DNA of 63,942 nt, counting the filler, from Globobulimina sp. (Eukaryota), in the NCBI GenBank assembly GCA_003354225.1. It is 16 parts of 16 records of this genome, joined end to end, with 100 filler letters (N's around TTAATTAATTAA, not from the genome) between each part and the next. Parts side by side here need not be neighbours in the genome. Positions count along the whole stretch, not along the records: positions 24,040 to 27,944 come from PIVH01001908.1; positions 28,045 to 31,948 come from PIVH01001909.1; positions 32,049 to 35,952 come from PIVH01001910.1; positions 36,053 to 39,955 come from PIVH01001911.1; 12 more parts are not named here. One strand, given 5' to 3'. Below the pieces are notes generated by a model, which worked only from the letters and a program-made list of their open reading frames with translations, did not search any database and was not told the origin of the DNA. The translations under genes and the position numbers were made by a program. Below are positions 24,144-36,538 of the stretch, in pieces; position 1 is the stretch's first letter; each line of letters opens with the position of its first letter.

Positions 24144-26015
24144 ATGTCTGTTTTCCTCAAGCCAAGATTGGCTCGACTTATCAGCCCCAAATGGACAGCC
24201 AAAAGGAATATAATCTCCAATCCCGCCTTAAACACCAACCCAGCTTTCCGTAACCCAGCAATCGTACCCTTTGGAATTGACTTCATCGACGATCCCCTAC
24301 GCGAATGCTTATTAGCTCGCGGCGTCGATTGCGATGAGTTGGAGCGTTTATATTATGCGCAATGTCAAGACGACGCCGAGTTTAATTCTTCCCGCTTACC
24401 CCGTTCATATGACAGCAAATTGTGGGGCTTCATCTATGGTCAACGCTTAGTTTCGGCCAAATACCAATTACAAACTCTCAGCAAAGACGAAAAATACCTC
24501 ACGAACTATTTAAACGAAACCGTCACAGAATTGACGATGCGAATGAACCGATTTTATCCCGATTTCGATTACAAAGCGCAAATCAGCGCATATACACCGC
24601 CACAAATCGACAACGATGCATATAACGAGGCCTACAACGAGGCCTTGGCCGATATCATCGCCTCCGACCCACTTCAATTCATCTCGATTTTCAAAAACAA
24701 CGCCTTCATTCCAGCCCAAACCACCACAGATTCCGGCGACAAATATGGCGATTATTTACCGGAAGACGTCGAGACGGAATTGATCGCAAATTACGAATTC
24801 GAGTGGGATTTCAATAGCAATTTGCAGCGATTTGAGGCGTATTTCGCTCGCATTCAGAAATTAGAACAGATGGTGTCGCCCAAAATCGACGCGTTGAGCA
24901 ACAATTTGCGCAAGAATTTCGCGGATTTTTTATTGGATTCTTTCAACAAAAACAAGTTAAACAACGTCAAGTATGTCATTGCTTTGGTGCAGAATGCCAC
25001 AAATAGCATCGTCCCGGATTTGGAGGGCGTGGCTGGCGAGGTTTTGGTGGCGAATTCGTTGGAGATATTGGCCGAGATGGGCAGCTCCGGCGAGTTGATT
25101 AGCAAATTATTTTATGGCAACAACGGGCTTCGCGATGCCAACTTATCCGGCAAATCCACGCAGGAATTAACTGCGATATTGTCCTGCTGCGACGTGGAGC
25201 GGTTGTTGTTAATCAACAAATCATTGGAAATCCATCAATATTTGAAGCATCATTCCATGGCACGCTTGCTTTTAACGTGTGCGATGCATGAATATCGCGA
25301 CTATTTTGCGCCGTTTTTGAATGGACACAACGGTGAGGATAATATCGGCGCATTTTGGCAGCGCAATGATGAGATTATGGATCAAATCATTTCGTATCAA
25401 AGCATTTATTATGAGAATCAGGACGATTTCTACCATTGTTTCAGTGCATTGGGCAAAGCCATTGAACAGCGCTGTGGCAACAAAGTGAAATTAGACTTGA
25501 CTGCATTCGCCGCGCCGCCATGTTGGATCAGTGCGATATTGACGGCGTGCATAGAGAGTGCGAGGATGGACGGGGACGTTTTGAGTGAGATTAAGTATTT
25601 GACGTATTATAAATATGTGTGTGCGCATTCTGGCAATATGGGCGTGATTGCGCTGATTAAGGCGGTTATGAATGGAGGGAAGCACGGTTTGAGCGGCGAT
25701 GAGTTAAGTAATATGGCGCACGAATTTGCGACCAATGCGTCCGGCGCGAATGAGATTGTTTTGGGGCAGATTGAGAGTGCGATGAGGGACAATGCGACGA
25801 GCTGTGATAAAAGCGAGTTAATGGGTGGATTGCAAGGGGAATTTGAGAATTTGCGGAGTGTGGCGACTTCGTATAATGAGTCGAGAGTGAATTTGGAGAA
25901 TGCGATTAAAGAGATTTCGATTGATTGTGGTGGCGTTAATTTTGAACATGCGAAGGCAAATTATGATCCGTTGTCGACATATTTAGCACAGTTTAGATAT
26001 TATAATAACCGATGA
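24144..26015 (+). CDS. Intronless hypothetical protein with a putative mitochondrial presequence
   Basis: ~620-aa ORF with GC-richer codons. The N-terminus MSVFLKPRLARLISPKWTAKRN is basic and lacks acidic residues. Confidence 0.7.
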   Translation: MSVFLKPRLARLISPKWTAKRNIISNPALNTNPAFRNPAIVPFGIDFIDDPLRECLLARGVDCDELERLYYAQCQDDAEFNSSRLPRSYDSKLWGFIYGQRLVSAKYQLQTLSKDEKYLTNYLNETVTELTMRMNRFYPDFDYKAQISAYTPPQIDNDAYNEAYNEALADIIASDPLQFISIFKNNAFIPAQTTTDSGDKYGDYLPEDVETELIANYEFEWDFNSNLQRFEAYFARIQKLEQMVSPKIDALSNNLRKNFADFLLDSFNKNKLNNVKYVIALVQNATNSIVPDLEGVAGEVLVANSLEILAEMGSSGELISKLFYGNNGLRDANLSGKSTQELTAILSCCDVERLLLINKSLEIHQYLKHHSMARLLLTCAMHEYRDYFAPFLNGHNGEDNIGAFWQRNDEIMDQIISYQSIYYENQDDFYHCFSALGKAIEQRCGNKVKLDLTAFAAPPCWISAILTACIESARMDGDVLSEIKYLTYYKYVCAHSGNMGVIALIKAVMNGGKHGLSGDELSNMAHEFATNASGANEIVLGQIESAMRDNATSCDKSELMGGLQGEFENLRSVATSYNESRVNLENAIKEISIDCGGVNFEHAKANYDPLSTYLAQFRYYNNR

Positions 26016-26313
26016 TTATGTGTCATTTGTTGGGCTGATATGTGTTTAATTTGCTTTTTGTAATATGACCTAACATATATTTTCAATTTAAAACAGTTGT
26101 GCAACGATTGATGTTTTTTGTTCGTAGCGTGTAAGGAATAAGGATTTTGAATATGTGTTATTGTGTCACTCTTCATATGCGCTTTGTTTTCGATTTGTAA
26201 CAAGCCGAAGAATATATTTTAAGATTAAAACGGCTTAAATAAATCCTATAATTTAATGTCGGATTTATTCAACGAAAACCAGAAACGCGATTTACAGGCA
26301 ATGTTTTAGCAAT

Positions 26314-26471
26314 TGACTTTTTAGGCTTAAACTTCTTTTGTGATTGGCAAGGTTTTTGGGTTAGCTAGAGTGGTTTTCAACTTTGAATACTAGGTTGAAA
26401 ACCACTCTAGCTAGCCCAAAAACCTTGCCAATCACAAAAGAAGTGTTTAGAAGTTTAAGCCTAAAAAGTCA
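26314..26471. mobile_element. 158-bp MITE, family A, almost fully palindromic
   Basis: TGACTTTTTAGG..CCTAAAAAGTCA termini; AAT at 26311-26313 and 26472-26474; arms pair up to a ~12-nt loop. Confidence 0.9.
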
Positions 26472-27189
26472 AATGTAATTGACGTGTCTTTGGTTTGTAT
26501 CAAACGATCGTTATGCCACTTCTGTTCACGCTGCATCTCTTCAGACTCATGAAAGGTCACAACGTGTCGGAAACACAAACATTGCAACAAAAAGACTGTC
26601 CATTACTGGTGCTGATCAATCTGTACGCGCATCAGACTTTAATTTCCAATCAATATGAATAACACCCCTATAAGCGTGTGTATTGACATTATGCCGTATC
26701 CATTGCATAACTATCACACGCCACACACGAACAAACATGGATAAAAAGCAGTTTAGGGAATGGAACTTGACACAGAAAGCGAGTACCTGACGAATATGGT
26801 CAGAAATATTGATTATTCTGAAGATACAGCACGGGAATGGAACTCGACAGTGTGCAAATATAATCCCGAATGATATCAGCTTGACATACAATGTCTGTTT
26901 GTGTGTGCACTGTGATCGTTATTCACAGACTTGAAATTCCAATTCATTACAACTGTTTTGTAACGCACTTCGGGTTTGATTTATATGAATGTGTGCTTGG
27001 TCGTAATATGACAAGTCGGTTTGGTAATTGATCTGAATAGATCGATTCTGAATCAGATTTGGAGTCGGAGGCGTCAGGTTGGTCTGTGTCTATGGGCATG
27101 GGTTGTGGCTCTTCCTTTGGAGACGATTTGGTTTCTTCTGATGCGTCTGCCATGGTTTGAGAGTGTTAGTATGAAAGAGTGAAGGAAAG

Positions 27190-27850
27190 TTTTTTTTGTA
27201 GTATCAGCCATAGGTGCGAAAAATTGCGTTTTTCCTTTGAAACAACACTTTACAACAGATAAGTGACAATATTTACAACAACAAATGTATTTATTATAAT
27301 TAATCCTCAAAACCAACCATAAAATCAATATATTTATTGCATTTTCCAACGCACGAACCGAAAAAGTCGATAAAAACATCTCATACTCCCCCAAATACCT
27401 ATCATATCAAAATATAAATTTACGAAAAAATAGGATTGATTGATTATTACTGCGATGCCAAACAATATGGAATGTTTTACGATTACATTTGATATTAAGT
27501 TTATATTTTGTTCCATTTAGCTGGAAGATGGTGTTATAGCCTCATTTTGAATACGAATATTATGAAAATGGATACATTTAATAGCATATCATGACACATC
27601 TGTGTACCTGTCATTATGCTCCAATACAACAAATGTGAATCACTAATCAGAAAAGTCATAACCAAATCAAGGATGAAAATCCCAGCAGTCATAACTATAA
27701 GAAATGATAAAAAATAAAGCATACATTTATTCAATCCAAATGGAACATGTATGCCCAGTAATATTAGAACGTAAAACATGACATCCCCAAAAAAATACAT
27801 AAAATCAGAACATGCTAATATTGTGTACAGTAGTGTTCCCGATAAGAGGT
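27190..27850 (-). pseudogene. Degraded multi-TM (GPCR-like) gene
   Basis: Three hydrophobic ORF pieces in different frames (LLNVSIFIIFVFKM, KHSILFGIAVIINQ, INILILWLVLRINYNKYICCCKYCH). Confidence 0.45.
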
Positions 27851-28265
27851 ACGCATATTAGTACTAATATTATATATTATACAGCTAATATATAATATTA
27901 TATATATTAGACTGCGAAGTTTCCCTTAGGATTCTGATCATATANNNNNNNNNNNNNNNNNNNNNNNNNNNNNNNNNNNNNNNNNNNNTTAATTAATTAA
28001 NNNNNNNNNNNNNNNNNNNNNNNNNNNNNNNNNNNNNNNNNNNNTTATGTTTTCACGGAGTAAACTCGTATTATAAAAGAATCCTTTTTTCTTGAAGTGA
28101 GTTAGTACACAAAAAACTGTCAGTTCGCACCATTCTTGCTGATAGTTGCATGCTTTGATAACGTGGGAGAGCCACCCACACGAACCACAACCATATATTT
28201 ATTAAACAAACAATTCGGGCAAACTTATTAATTCAAGCAACGAACACCAAACTACAACGTACACA

Positions 28266-31200
28266 ATGACCGACATAGAATACCAAAATCTCTTAGCTCC
28301 CGCCACTTCAATGAACGAACGTGAAGCAGCCGGGCATTATTACAATCTCGCCGAACAATGGTATCACTTACAAAACAACAAAGCCTTCAAAGCCTTCAGC
28401 AAACACTTATGTCGCATCACTAAATTACTCGAATCCCGCGACAAAAATACCTGTTTGGACGCCATCCGCGCATTAGCTTTCATCGCCGCCTGTCCTCGTT
28501 TACATCGTCAACTGTTTGAGGCCAATGTGCTGCATATGATCGTGTCCATTTTGGGCTTCTCGCCGGAAGCCGCCAATTGCGAGGCGGCCTTGGTAGTATT
28601 AAACCATTTATGTACACAATCTCCCAAGGACCAAAAACATAAATTCTCGTTGGTCACCGACTTCTGCAAAGACAAGAACTCGTTAGTCATTATCTTCAGA
28701 TACGCGCACGTCGAAGATCGCTGTCTCTCCATCATCGCAAATGTGATGTCCGTATTAGCTGCTTTATGCACCGAACGACGTATGTAATGCCCCCATTTTA
28801 TGTAACAATCCCTGCGCAATTTCGCACACAAAATAAATATTCAGCCAACATCCAGGAGCAATGCGTGCGTGCCGGGATAATGGAACGCGCCTTCAATCTG
28901 AAAACGTCCCACCATGATCGCATCGTGGTGACCAATGTGAACCTATTCTTGGCCTCCATGCAGTTACAGGATTATTCTGTGGACAAATTCAACGAAATGC
29001 ACACTTTGATGTGCATAAACATGGGCTATTCCTCTCGCGCCCTCTGCCTCGGCATCTGGCGCTTAATCGTGACCAAACCGTCGCGCTACCACGACGCGCT
29101 TAAATCGAATACGTTGTACACCGCCGTGCATCAGATATCCGTCGAGGACCCCACATTGGAGGAAGAATGGAACATTGTGGCCCGGTTTGTGAAACCCGAC
29201 AAACCCTCCTCTTCTCCGCAACCGCTGCCGCTGCAAAAGCATGAGGAGAAACACGAGGAAAAGCACTGTGAGGAAAAGTATGCGGAGAGGAATGGAGTGG
29301 AAAAGCATGAGGAAAAGAACGGTGTGGAAAAGCCGTATAAGTTGATACGTAATCCATCATTGTATAAACAGGAATTGATGAATATGGATAATAACAGCGT
29401 CAGTTTACCCATATTGGAACATAAAAAATCGTGGTTGCAGAAGGATGTCCATATCGCGATATTGCAAACCAACCCCATTGAATCCGATGACGGTGGCAAT
29501 TTGGCGCTGAATGCGGAACGCAAACGATTACAGGATATCTTTTTTAAGACCAGAGGGCTCAAGATTTTCTTTGGCGTTTTGACCAAGGACTCATTGATCC
29601 GCTGCATTCAAAGGGGAGCGCAGATTGTGCATATTAGCGGACACGGTCCGTACGAGAAGAAGTTGAAAGTGGAGGATAAATACGGCCGTTTGGAAGATTT
29701 GTCTGCTTCGAAAATAGGTTTGTTTTGTGCTTGAAACTGCAAATCTGCACCGTATTTTCTTTCTGATTGTTTGCAAACAAAACAGGCGAAGCTATCGAAC
29801 AAACCAACAACGTCTCCAACGGCAAGAAGAAGGGCGAAGGCCTGCAATTAGTGTTCGTGTCGACCTGTTACAGCGAACATGTGGCCCAATCCTTTTGCGA
29901 CGCCGGTGTGCCGCACGTGGTCGCCGTGCATGCCATGGTGCAAATCCTCGACGAAATGGCGACGAAATTCGCCAGTGCTTTCTACGAAGGCTTGATTGCG
30001 CACAAAAAGACGGTGTTGGAAGCCTTCAACAACAGCAAAGCGGAGTTATTATTGGAGTGCGAGATGGATTGTTGTTGCCGGCACGAAGGCCACGTGGCGG
30101 AGTGCCGCTGTCCGATTTGCAAAATCTACCGTTGCTGCTCGCATCATCACGGCGCGAACTCCCGCTGTCCGCAGAAGAAAAACATCGCCTGCTGCCAGCC
30201 GCGAGTGCCGCACAAGCACAGCGACAAATTCCTGTTATTGCCGGCCGGCAACGAGTCGCACCACGACAAGATCCGGTGGCAGCGAGTGGAGAACGCGCCG
30301 TGTGAGCGCATCGACAGTCGGCCCCCGACCAACATCGGGCAGCCCAGCCAGAAAATCATCGGGCGGGCGCGCGACACGCGCATTTTGGTGGACTTCCTGC
30401 ATCCCGACAACGAGAACCAGGGCGACGCCGTGTTCATTTACGGGCGGCCCAAGATCGGGCTGACCACCGTGGCCATGCAGGTGGCTCGCTTCTTCATCCG
30501 GCCGTGGTATCAGGCCATTTTCCTGGGCGGCGTGTTCCGGATCAATCTGCAGAACTGCGACGACCCCAACTTTCTGTACAGCTACATCGCGCAGGCCATG
30601 CACCACGGAATGGGCTTCGGCTCCTACTCGTACTGGGACGGCGAGGCCCGGAAATACATCGAGTACGACAGCGAGATCCAGAAAGATCTGCACCGCGCGC
30701 TGTCTGGCGACGACATCACCGATCCGATCGAGATCTTTTCTGGCGGCTCGTCGTCGCATTTCATCATTTTGGACCAGCACAAGAACAACAAAGAGCTGCT
30801 GCAGTACAAGTTGCCGCCGCTCATCTACCTCGAGTTCGAGAAGCGGATCCGAGTGCTCCCGATGGAGTTTTACATCGACGACGACGGCGATCTCGACGAC
30901 GACAGCCAAAAAAAAGTGAAAGTGCGCCGCATTCGCTTCACGCCGCCCGACGAAGAGACCATTTTGCAGGAAATCAAGCAGTACGGCAGCAAAGAAAAAA
31001 ACAACTTGGAGTTCCAGAAGTTGCTCATCATCGACCACATCAACTTGCCGCAGCCCAAAATGAAGCAGTTTCTGCAGAAAATCAAGCGGCTGATCGAGAA
31101 CATCAAATGCAAGCTGTTGTTGGTGTGCCACGACCGCATCGAGAACATCATCCATAAGATCCAGCAGCAGGATGTGGCGAATTGTATGTTGAAGCAGCGG

Positions 31201-31584
31201 CTGTGGCGCATTAAGCCCATTTTGAAGAAGGACGCGGCGAAGTTGCTGCTGGAACAGGCGCGCCAATTATACGAGTTCGACTTTCAAAATATTATCACGC
31301 CCTCGACGGCCGAGGAGACGTCGCAGTTCGCGCTGTTTGAGTGGTTGGCGAAGAGTCCCGCGCTGATCCAGCAATGCTGCACGGTGTTGGACCGCAAGGT
31401 GCCGTTTTGTGTGATCGTCAAAATGATGAACGAGCAGCCCAAGAAATGGTGCACGAGCTTGATTTCGTGGCAGCAGCCGCTCAAATTGCAGCAGGACGAT
31501 TTGCAGGACGCGCTCAACGCGCTCACCACGTTGTTGACGGAAATCAATGTCGTCCGATCCATTTGGAGCGACATCATCAAATAA
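28266..31584 (+). CDS. ARM-repeat + CHAT (caspase-like) protease + Cys/His cluster + degenerate STAND P-loop NTPase with a WWE-like insertion; introns 28780-28844 and 29718-29785
   Basis: CHAT dyad motifs IVHISGHG and LVFVSTCYS, then FASAFYEGL..TVLEAF. IIGRARD, Walker A-like GRPKIGLT, Walker B-like LLIIDH. Two GT-AG introns join three ORFs in frame. Confidence 0.8.
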
Positions 31585-32205
31585 TAATTTTATCAATTTT
31601 ATGTTTTATAATTTAATTTCATTTCATTTTTAATATTGTTGTAATTTTGTTTTTGTTTTTGTTTGCTTGTTATTATTATAAATGTTTAATATCTTCAATT
31701 TGTTTCAATATTCAATTCAATTTGACTTTTAATAAGAATTACTTGTGCTCTGACAATAAGTGCGTATACTTTATACATCTTAATTGTTCTCATCTCATCT
31801 CAAACTTGTTTGCGGCTAAAGCGGGGTTGGAGGGCGGAGTGGGTGGTGCGGTGTGGGCGTGGTGGGTGTGTCCTGGCTGTTTGTTGTGATGAGACATCAC
31901 TTTTTTTTTGCTGGCGAGCGAAGCGAGCCCTCCACGAGCACGAAGTGCNNNNNNNNNNNNNNNNNNNNNNNNNNNNNNNNNNNNNNNNNNNNTTAATTAA
32001 TTAANNNNNNNNNNNNNNNNNNNNNNNNNNNNNNNNNNNNNNNNNNNNTAAATTATTCAAAATAAAAATTGGCTGTGCAATACTTATGATTATGATTGTA
32101 TGCGCAACATTCTATTATGTCTTTAGTTGAGCTGTTTCTGCAATAACTTGAAGGATCTTCTTCAATCCAGAATTACCTACATTTTTAATATCATAAAGTT
32201 TTTAG

Positions 32206-32264
32206 AAACCTTGATATCGTTGCTGGGGCGAATAAAATTGTACTGAATTAGTGACTTTGCTTTC
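32206..32264 (-). mobile_element. Fragment of MITE family B
   Basis: AAACCTTGATATCGTTGCTGGGGCGAATAAAATTGTACTGAATTAGTGACTTTG matches the reverse complement of ~63697-63755 with few mismatches. Confidence 0.7.
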
Positions 32265-32437
32265 GACTTTGATAATTATAATCTTTAATTTTATTTCATC
32301 TTTTTGTTGTTGGATTTCATATTTTAATTTATCGACTATTGTTTCATAGTTTGTTGGAATCGTTGTGAAGTTTTGGAACAAAAAAAAACGTTTTGTGGTA
32401 TCGTTGACTGTCAGACGTTGAGTTAACTGAAGTCAGC

Positions 32438-35400
32438 ATGTTTCGAATTGCGACAGTACTCTGTATCGCAATTTTATTTGCTGAATGTTATGGCTTATAC
32501 AACTCGGAAGAATGCATTCAGCCATGTCCACCATTCTTCGAAGAATATGAAACACCGCAAGCTGGTGAAGGGCAAGATTTATTGAAAGAATTGATGGAAA
32601 TGACTGAAATGCAAGAATTTGCTCCAAGATGTATCGCCAACATTGCTAATTATCCTTATATGGCTGGAGAATCATTGGAAGAGATTGATTTGAAAACTTA
32701 CCAACAAACATTGGACACAACATCCCCAAACTCAGCACATTTCTGCTTCAAACAACTGAAAGGATTAAACTTTGAAGACGCAAAAAACGACAATCTCGAT
32801 CCAAGATGGAATGGCTTAAAAATAAAAATGGATTTGTGTGATAAATACAGCACAATGAAACTGTGCAATATATATTGGCCGTGTGTTGCGAATGCAATTA
32901 AATTGGCATGCAATCATCGAGGAGCATATAACTGCACATCTCAATCTTGTGATTGCTTTGATGGTTTTACAAATGTTGCCATCCGCTCACGATCTGAAGA
33001 TACATTTATTTCTTGCGATATCGGAATAAGGGCCTTATTCAACCATTCTTTGCCAATTATACCCGACGACTTTATCATTGACGGCAACTTTAAAGCAAAA
33101 GTCGTCAAAATCGAGCAATACAAAGTGCCGTCACCAATCAAGTTCCGGTTTTGGAGTCAGGCTTATTTGTTGGATGAATTTAATCGAGTCATTGACGACG
33201 AAAATGGCACTTTTGTAGATTTAAAGCAAAGGAAGTTAATTGATACATATTTTGCAATTAAATCAGCAAATTTATAGATGTTTGATCAAACCGCAGGAAA
33301 TATTTACCATATTTTACGCAACGGAAAGAAGACATTATCCATCAAAACAGCACATTATTAATCGGCGTATCTGCGGATTATGTCGATTGGAACGCTGCTC
33401 CTGACCTTCGTGCTGAGTCCTTGTCAGAATTACAAATGAGATACAATCAGCAAACACCGCTTGCGGCACAAACAAAAAGTTAACACTTCTTGTCACATTT
33501 AGTATTATTATATACACAAAAAAAACAAACACAGCAACAAGGAGCAATGCGCCCGGATGGATTGCAATAAATGAAAATGGATTATATGTCGTTGGTAATC
33601 AATACTGGACATCCAACAAAACCACACAATTACCGCCCAAATCCGGCATAGGATATACAACCAATATCGACATCGCGTGGTATTCATCTCAAACATTACT
33701 TAAATTTTCCAGCATCGGCAAAACTGAAATTCAATTCGAATTTGCAAATAAAATGCAAATATCCGCAATGCGAATGACATGGACTAAATTGATTCAGTCC
33801 AATGCAACCAACACAGACTTGCCTCCATTTAATATATTGATCGATACAGCATTTACTATTCGAAGCAATCTGGAGGAGGTTGTCAAATATTTCAAGGCCA
33901 AACACCAAACCAATACAGAATTAACGCCACCACATGACTCAGATGGAGCCATTAAATCAATATTGGAATCCAGAAAGATTACAGTTAGGCAGCGGAAATA
34001 TGGCGCCATGGTAATTGGACAGATTCGTTATCCACAAATCAAACAATCAGTTGGTGCGGTAATGAGTGACAAAAATATATCGCATGCATTCAAAATGGGG
34101 TTCCACAAAGTTCTGCGTATAAACAGCAAATATATAAATGTTGAAATTGATAAAACTGCAAAAATGCTCAATATAATAATATTTGAGGACGAAGCTGATT
34201 TCGCGTCGTTGTATGCTCGGTTGAAAGACGAAGAAGATCCATTTACGGGCTACGTATCAGACAAAGCATTCACAAACGTATTGCGAAACGAGATGAAATT
34301 TGTTGAAAATAAGTTAAGCATTTCCTTTGATTCTTGGCAGGTAATATCAGACAATAATTTGTTTGCGGCCTGGTATGAAATATCTGTATTCGCCACTTTA
34401 TCAGAAATAAATTCTAAAACCGGAATCAATGTAGCAACGGCACAGCAATATTTGAATGGATTTAAACAGTCGTTATTGGATGGAATGGATAGTTTGAATG
34501 CGCAAAAAACAGAAATAACATACTTTGATATTCAACAAAACAGTGGCTATAAATATGAGGCAGAGATAAAAGTGATTGCTGAGTCTGTGACAAAGACACA
34601 AGACATTCAAAGCAATGCTATTTCATCATTGACAGAGATATCATTGAATAAAGGCTGGGGAATGGTTGACACACATAAAAGCATTGCCGTTTCAAGTTAA
34701 TGTAATATTTATATATCCAGTAAATGCAATAATAATCATTTAATTTAAGGAGTCAGTATATTTGCGACCATATTGCTGGACGAAAATACAAATAATGCTA
34801 ATTCTGATGCATACTTTGCTGGCTTTCCGAAAGGAGATACTCTGATATTGATTTTAAAGGAGTTGGTTATTGATTCGGCTCAATCAGTAAATGTAGACAT
34901 TTTAAACAGTGAAAAAACGTCAAGGTCAAATGTGCTCAGAGTAACAGTCGAATTTTATCTAAGCATTGAACAGGAGTCCTTTGCAGATGATATACTTAAC
35001 AATGTAAGAAATGCAAAGTTTGTTAAATTAATAAACGAGAAAGCTTTGGAGAAGAACGTAAATATCTTTGCCACCGAGATTACGATAATTTATCCATGTA
35101 AGTTGATGTATGTATGTCTGTAATTAAATTGATGTTAAACCGCAACGTACAGCTAAACTCAATTCAAATGTGGATACAATCATAGATTCGAGAGTTGAAT
35201 TATTAGCAAATGATGGTTCGAATACAATTTTAAACCAATCCGGTAATACACAGCTGACTGATTCAGTTTTGCCGCGCTTTATGAATAAATATTGGCCCAT
35301 TAGGCTGCCAGCAAATATATTTTGCTCTCAATTTTATACAAATCTACAATTTGGCACAGCGATTTCCTTTGGATTTTTAAAACAATATTTCTGCATTCAA

Positions 35401-35952
35401 CTAACAAATATAATGCCTGGCAGCAAAGGTATGGTGCTGCTAAAATCGAAACTGATTTTCAAGCCAACCGAACCCGGAGCGCCTGATGAATTGAGTGCGT
35501 TATGTGATTATTGGATGAAAGTACAAAATGGAGAAACTGCAGCAAACCCTTCAATGGATGAAAAAATAAGAAATGCGGGCAGCGGAATGGAGGATACGTG
35601 CCTTTTATTGTTGGCGGGGAAGCAATTAATGCCGGACAACTTACCCGATACAATGGGGAATGTGGCAGCAATGTTAGGCACACAAATTGAAATCATGCAG
35701 TTACCGGATATCATATTAAATGGTGTGTATACGTATACTATCTGACTATCTGTACTTGTTACAATTTGCAAATTGCTGTATATAGTCATATTTTATATTG
35801 TTGATAAGATCCAAGACCGAATGCAAAATTTCCAGCACCTGATTTGTTGAAAACATTAGGATTTGAGGATGACGCTTTAAACGAATCAAACATAACAAAT
35901 ATGACAGAGAATGCATATGCAAGAAGGACAGTGGTTGACAGAGTGCGGCCGG
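32438..35952 (+). CDS. Large secreted or cell-surface multi-exon protein, 3'-truncated (introns 33235-33296, 33479-33534, 34696-34749, ~35099-35152 and one more near 35730-35807)
   Basis: Signal peptide MFRIATVLCIAILFAECYG and a Cys-rich N-terminus. The first three GT-AG introns join successive ORFs in frame. Confidence 0.65.
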
Positions 35953-36052
35953 NNNNNNNNNNNNNNNNNNNNNNNNNNNNNNNNNNNNNNNNNNNNTTAA
36001 TTAATTAANNNNNNNNNNNNNNNNNNNNNNNNNNNNNNNNNNNNNNNNNNNN

Positions 36053-36340
36053 ATTTATACATAAATCAACACAAAAATCATTACAAAATGATTGTTCACC
36101 ACCTGGCATTAAAACCATATCATTGTCAAAAAAAATATGCATCATTTTACAGACTTGATGCGAAATATGCATAGTTAATAAGAAATTAATTACCAATAAA
36201 AATGTTAAACAACAACATATTTTTTTCATTTTACGTTTACAATGTTGTGGCGGTCCAGTTACTATCGGTGATGGTGTAATTTCTCCATTCATTGGAATTG
36301 CGGTTGGTGTTGCCACTGTATATAAATGTTAGCCATATGA
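36053..36340 (-). CDS. Hypothetical single-pass membrane protein, 3'-truncated
   Basis: Pro-rich N-terminus, KKICCCLTFLLVINFLL TM segment, frame open to the contig edge. Confidence 0.45.
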
Positions 36341-36538
36341 TCATCACAGATCCAACATCATATACCATTATTGCTTAACTTTTCGACACTGTAGCTACGA
36401 ATTATTTAAATCTATCGGATGGACTGAAGCTAGAGTTTTTTACAAAACTTTAAACTTTATCTTTCTAGCCTGAGCATCTGTAACATCCGAACGTTGTATA
36501 CGTATTAGTTCGCATCTACTGGGTGTTATAGCAAAATA

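Noticed and set aside
27855-27912. AT-rich quasi-palindrome
   Set aside because: Low-complexity TA sequence, expected by chance.
29727-31596. Long overlapping alternative-frame and antisense ORFs (also at 12355-13209 and 37710-38438)
   Set aside because: Expected shadows of GC-rich coding sequence; no recognisable motifs.
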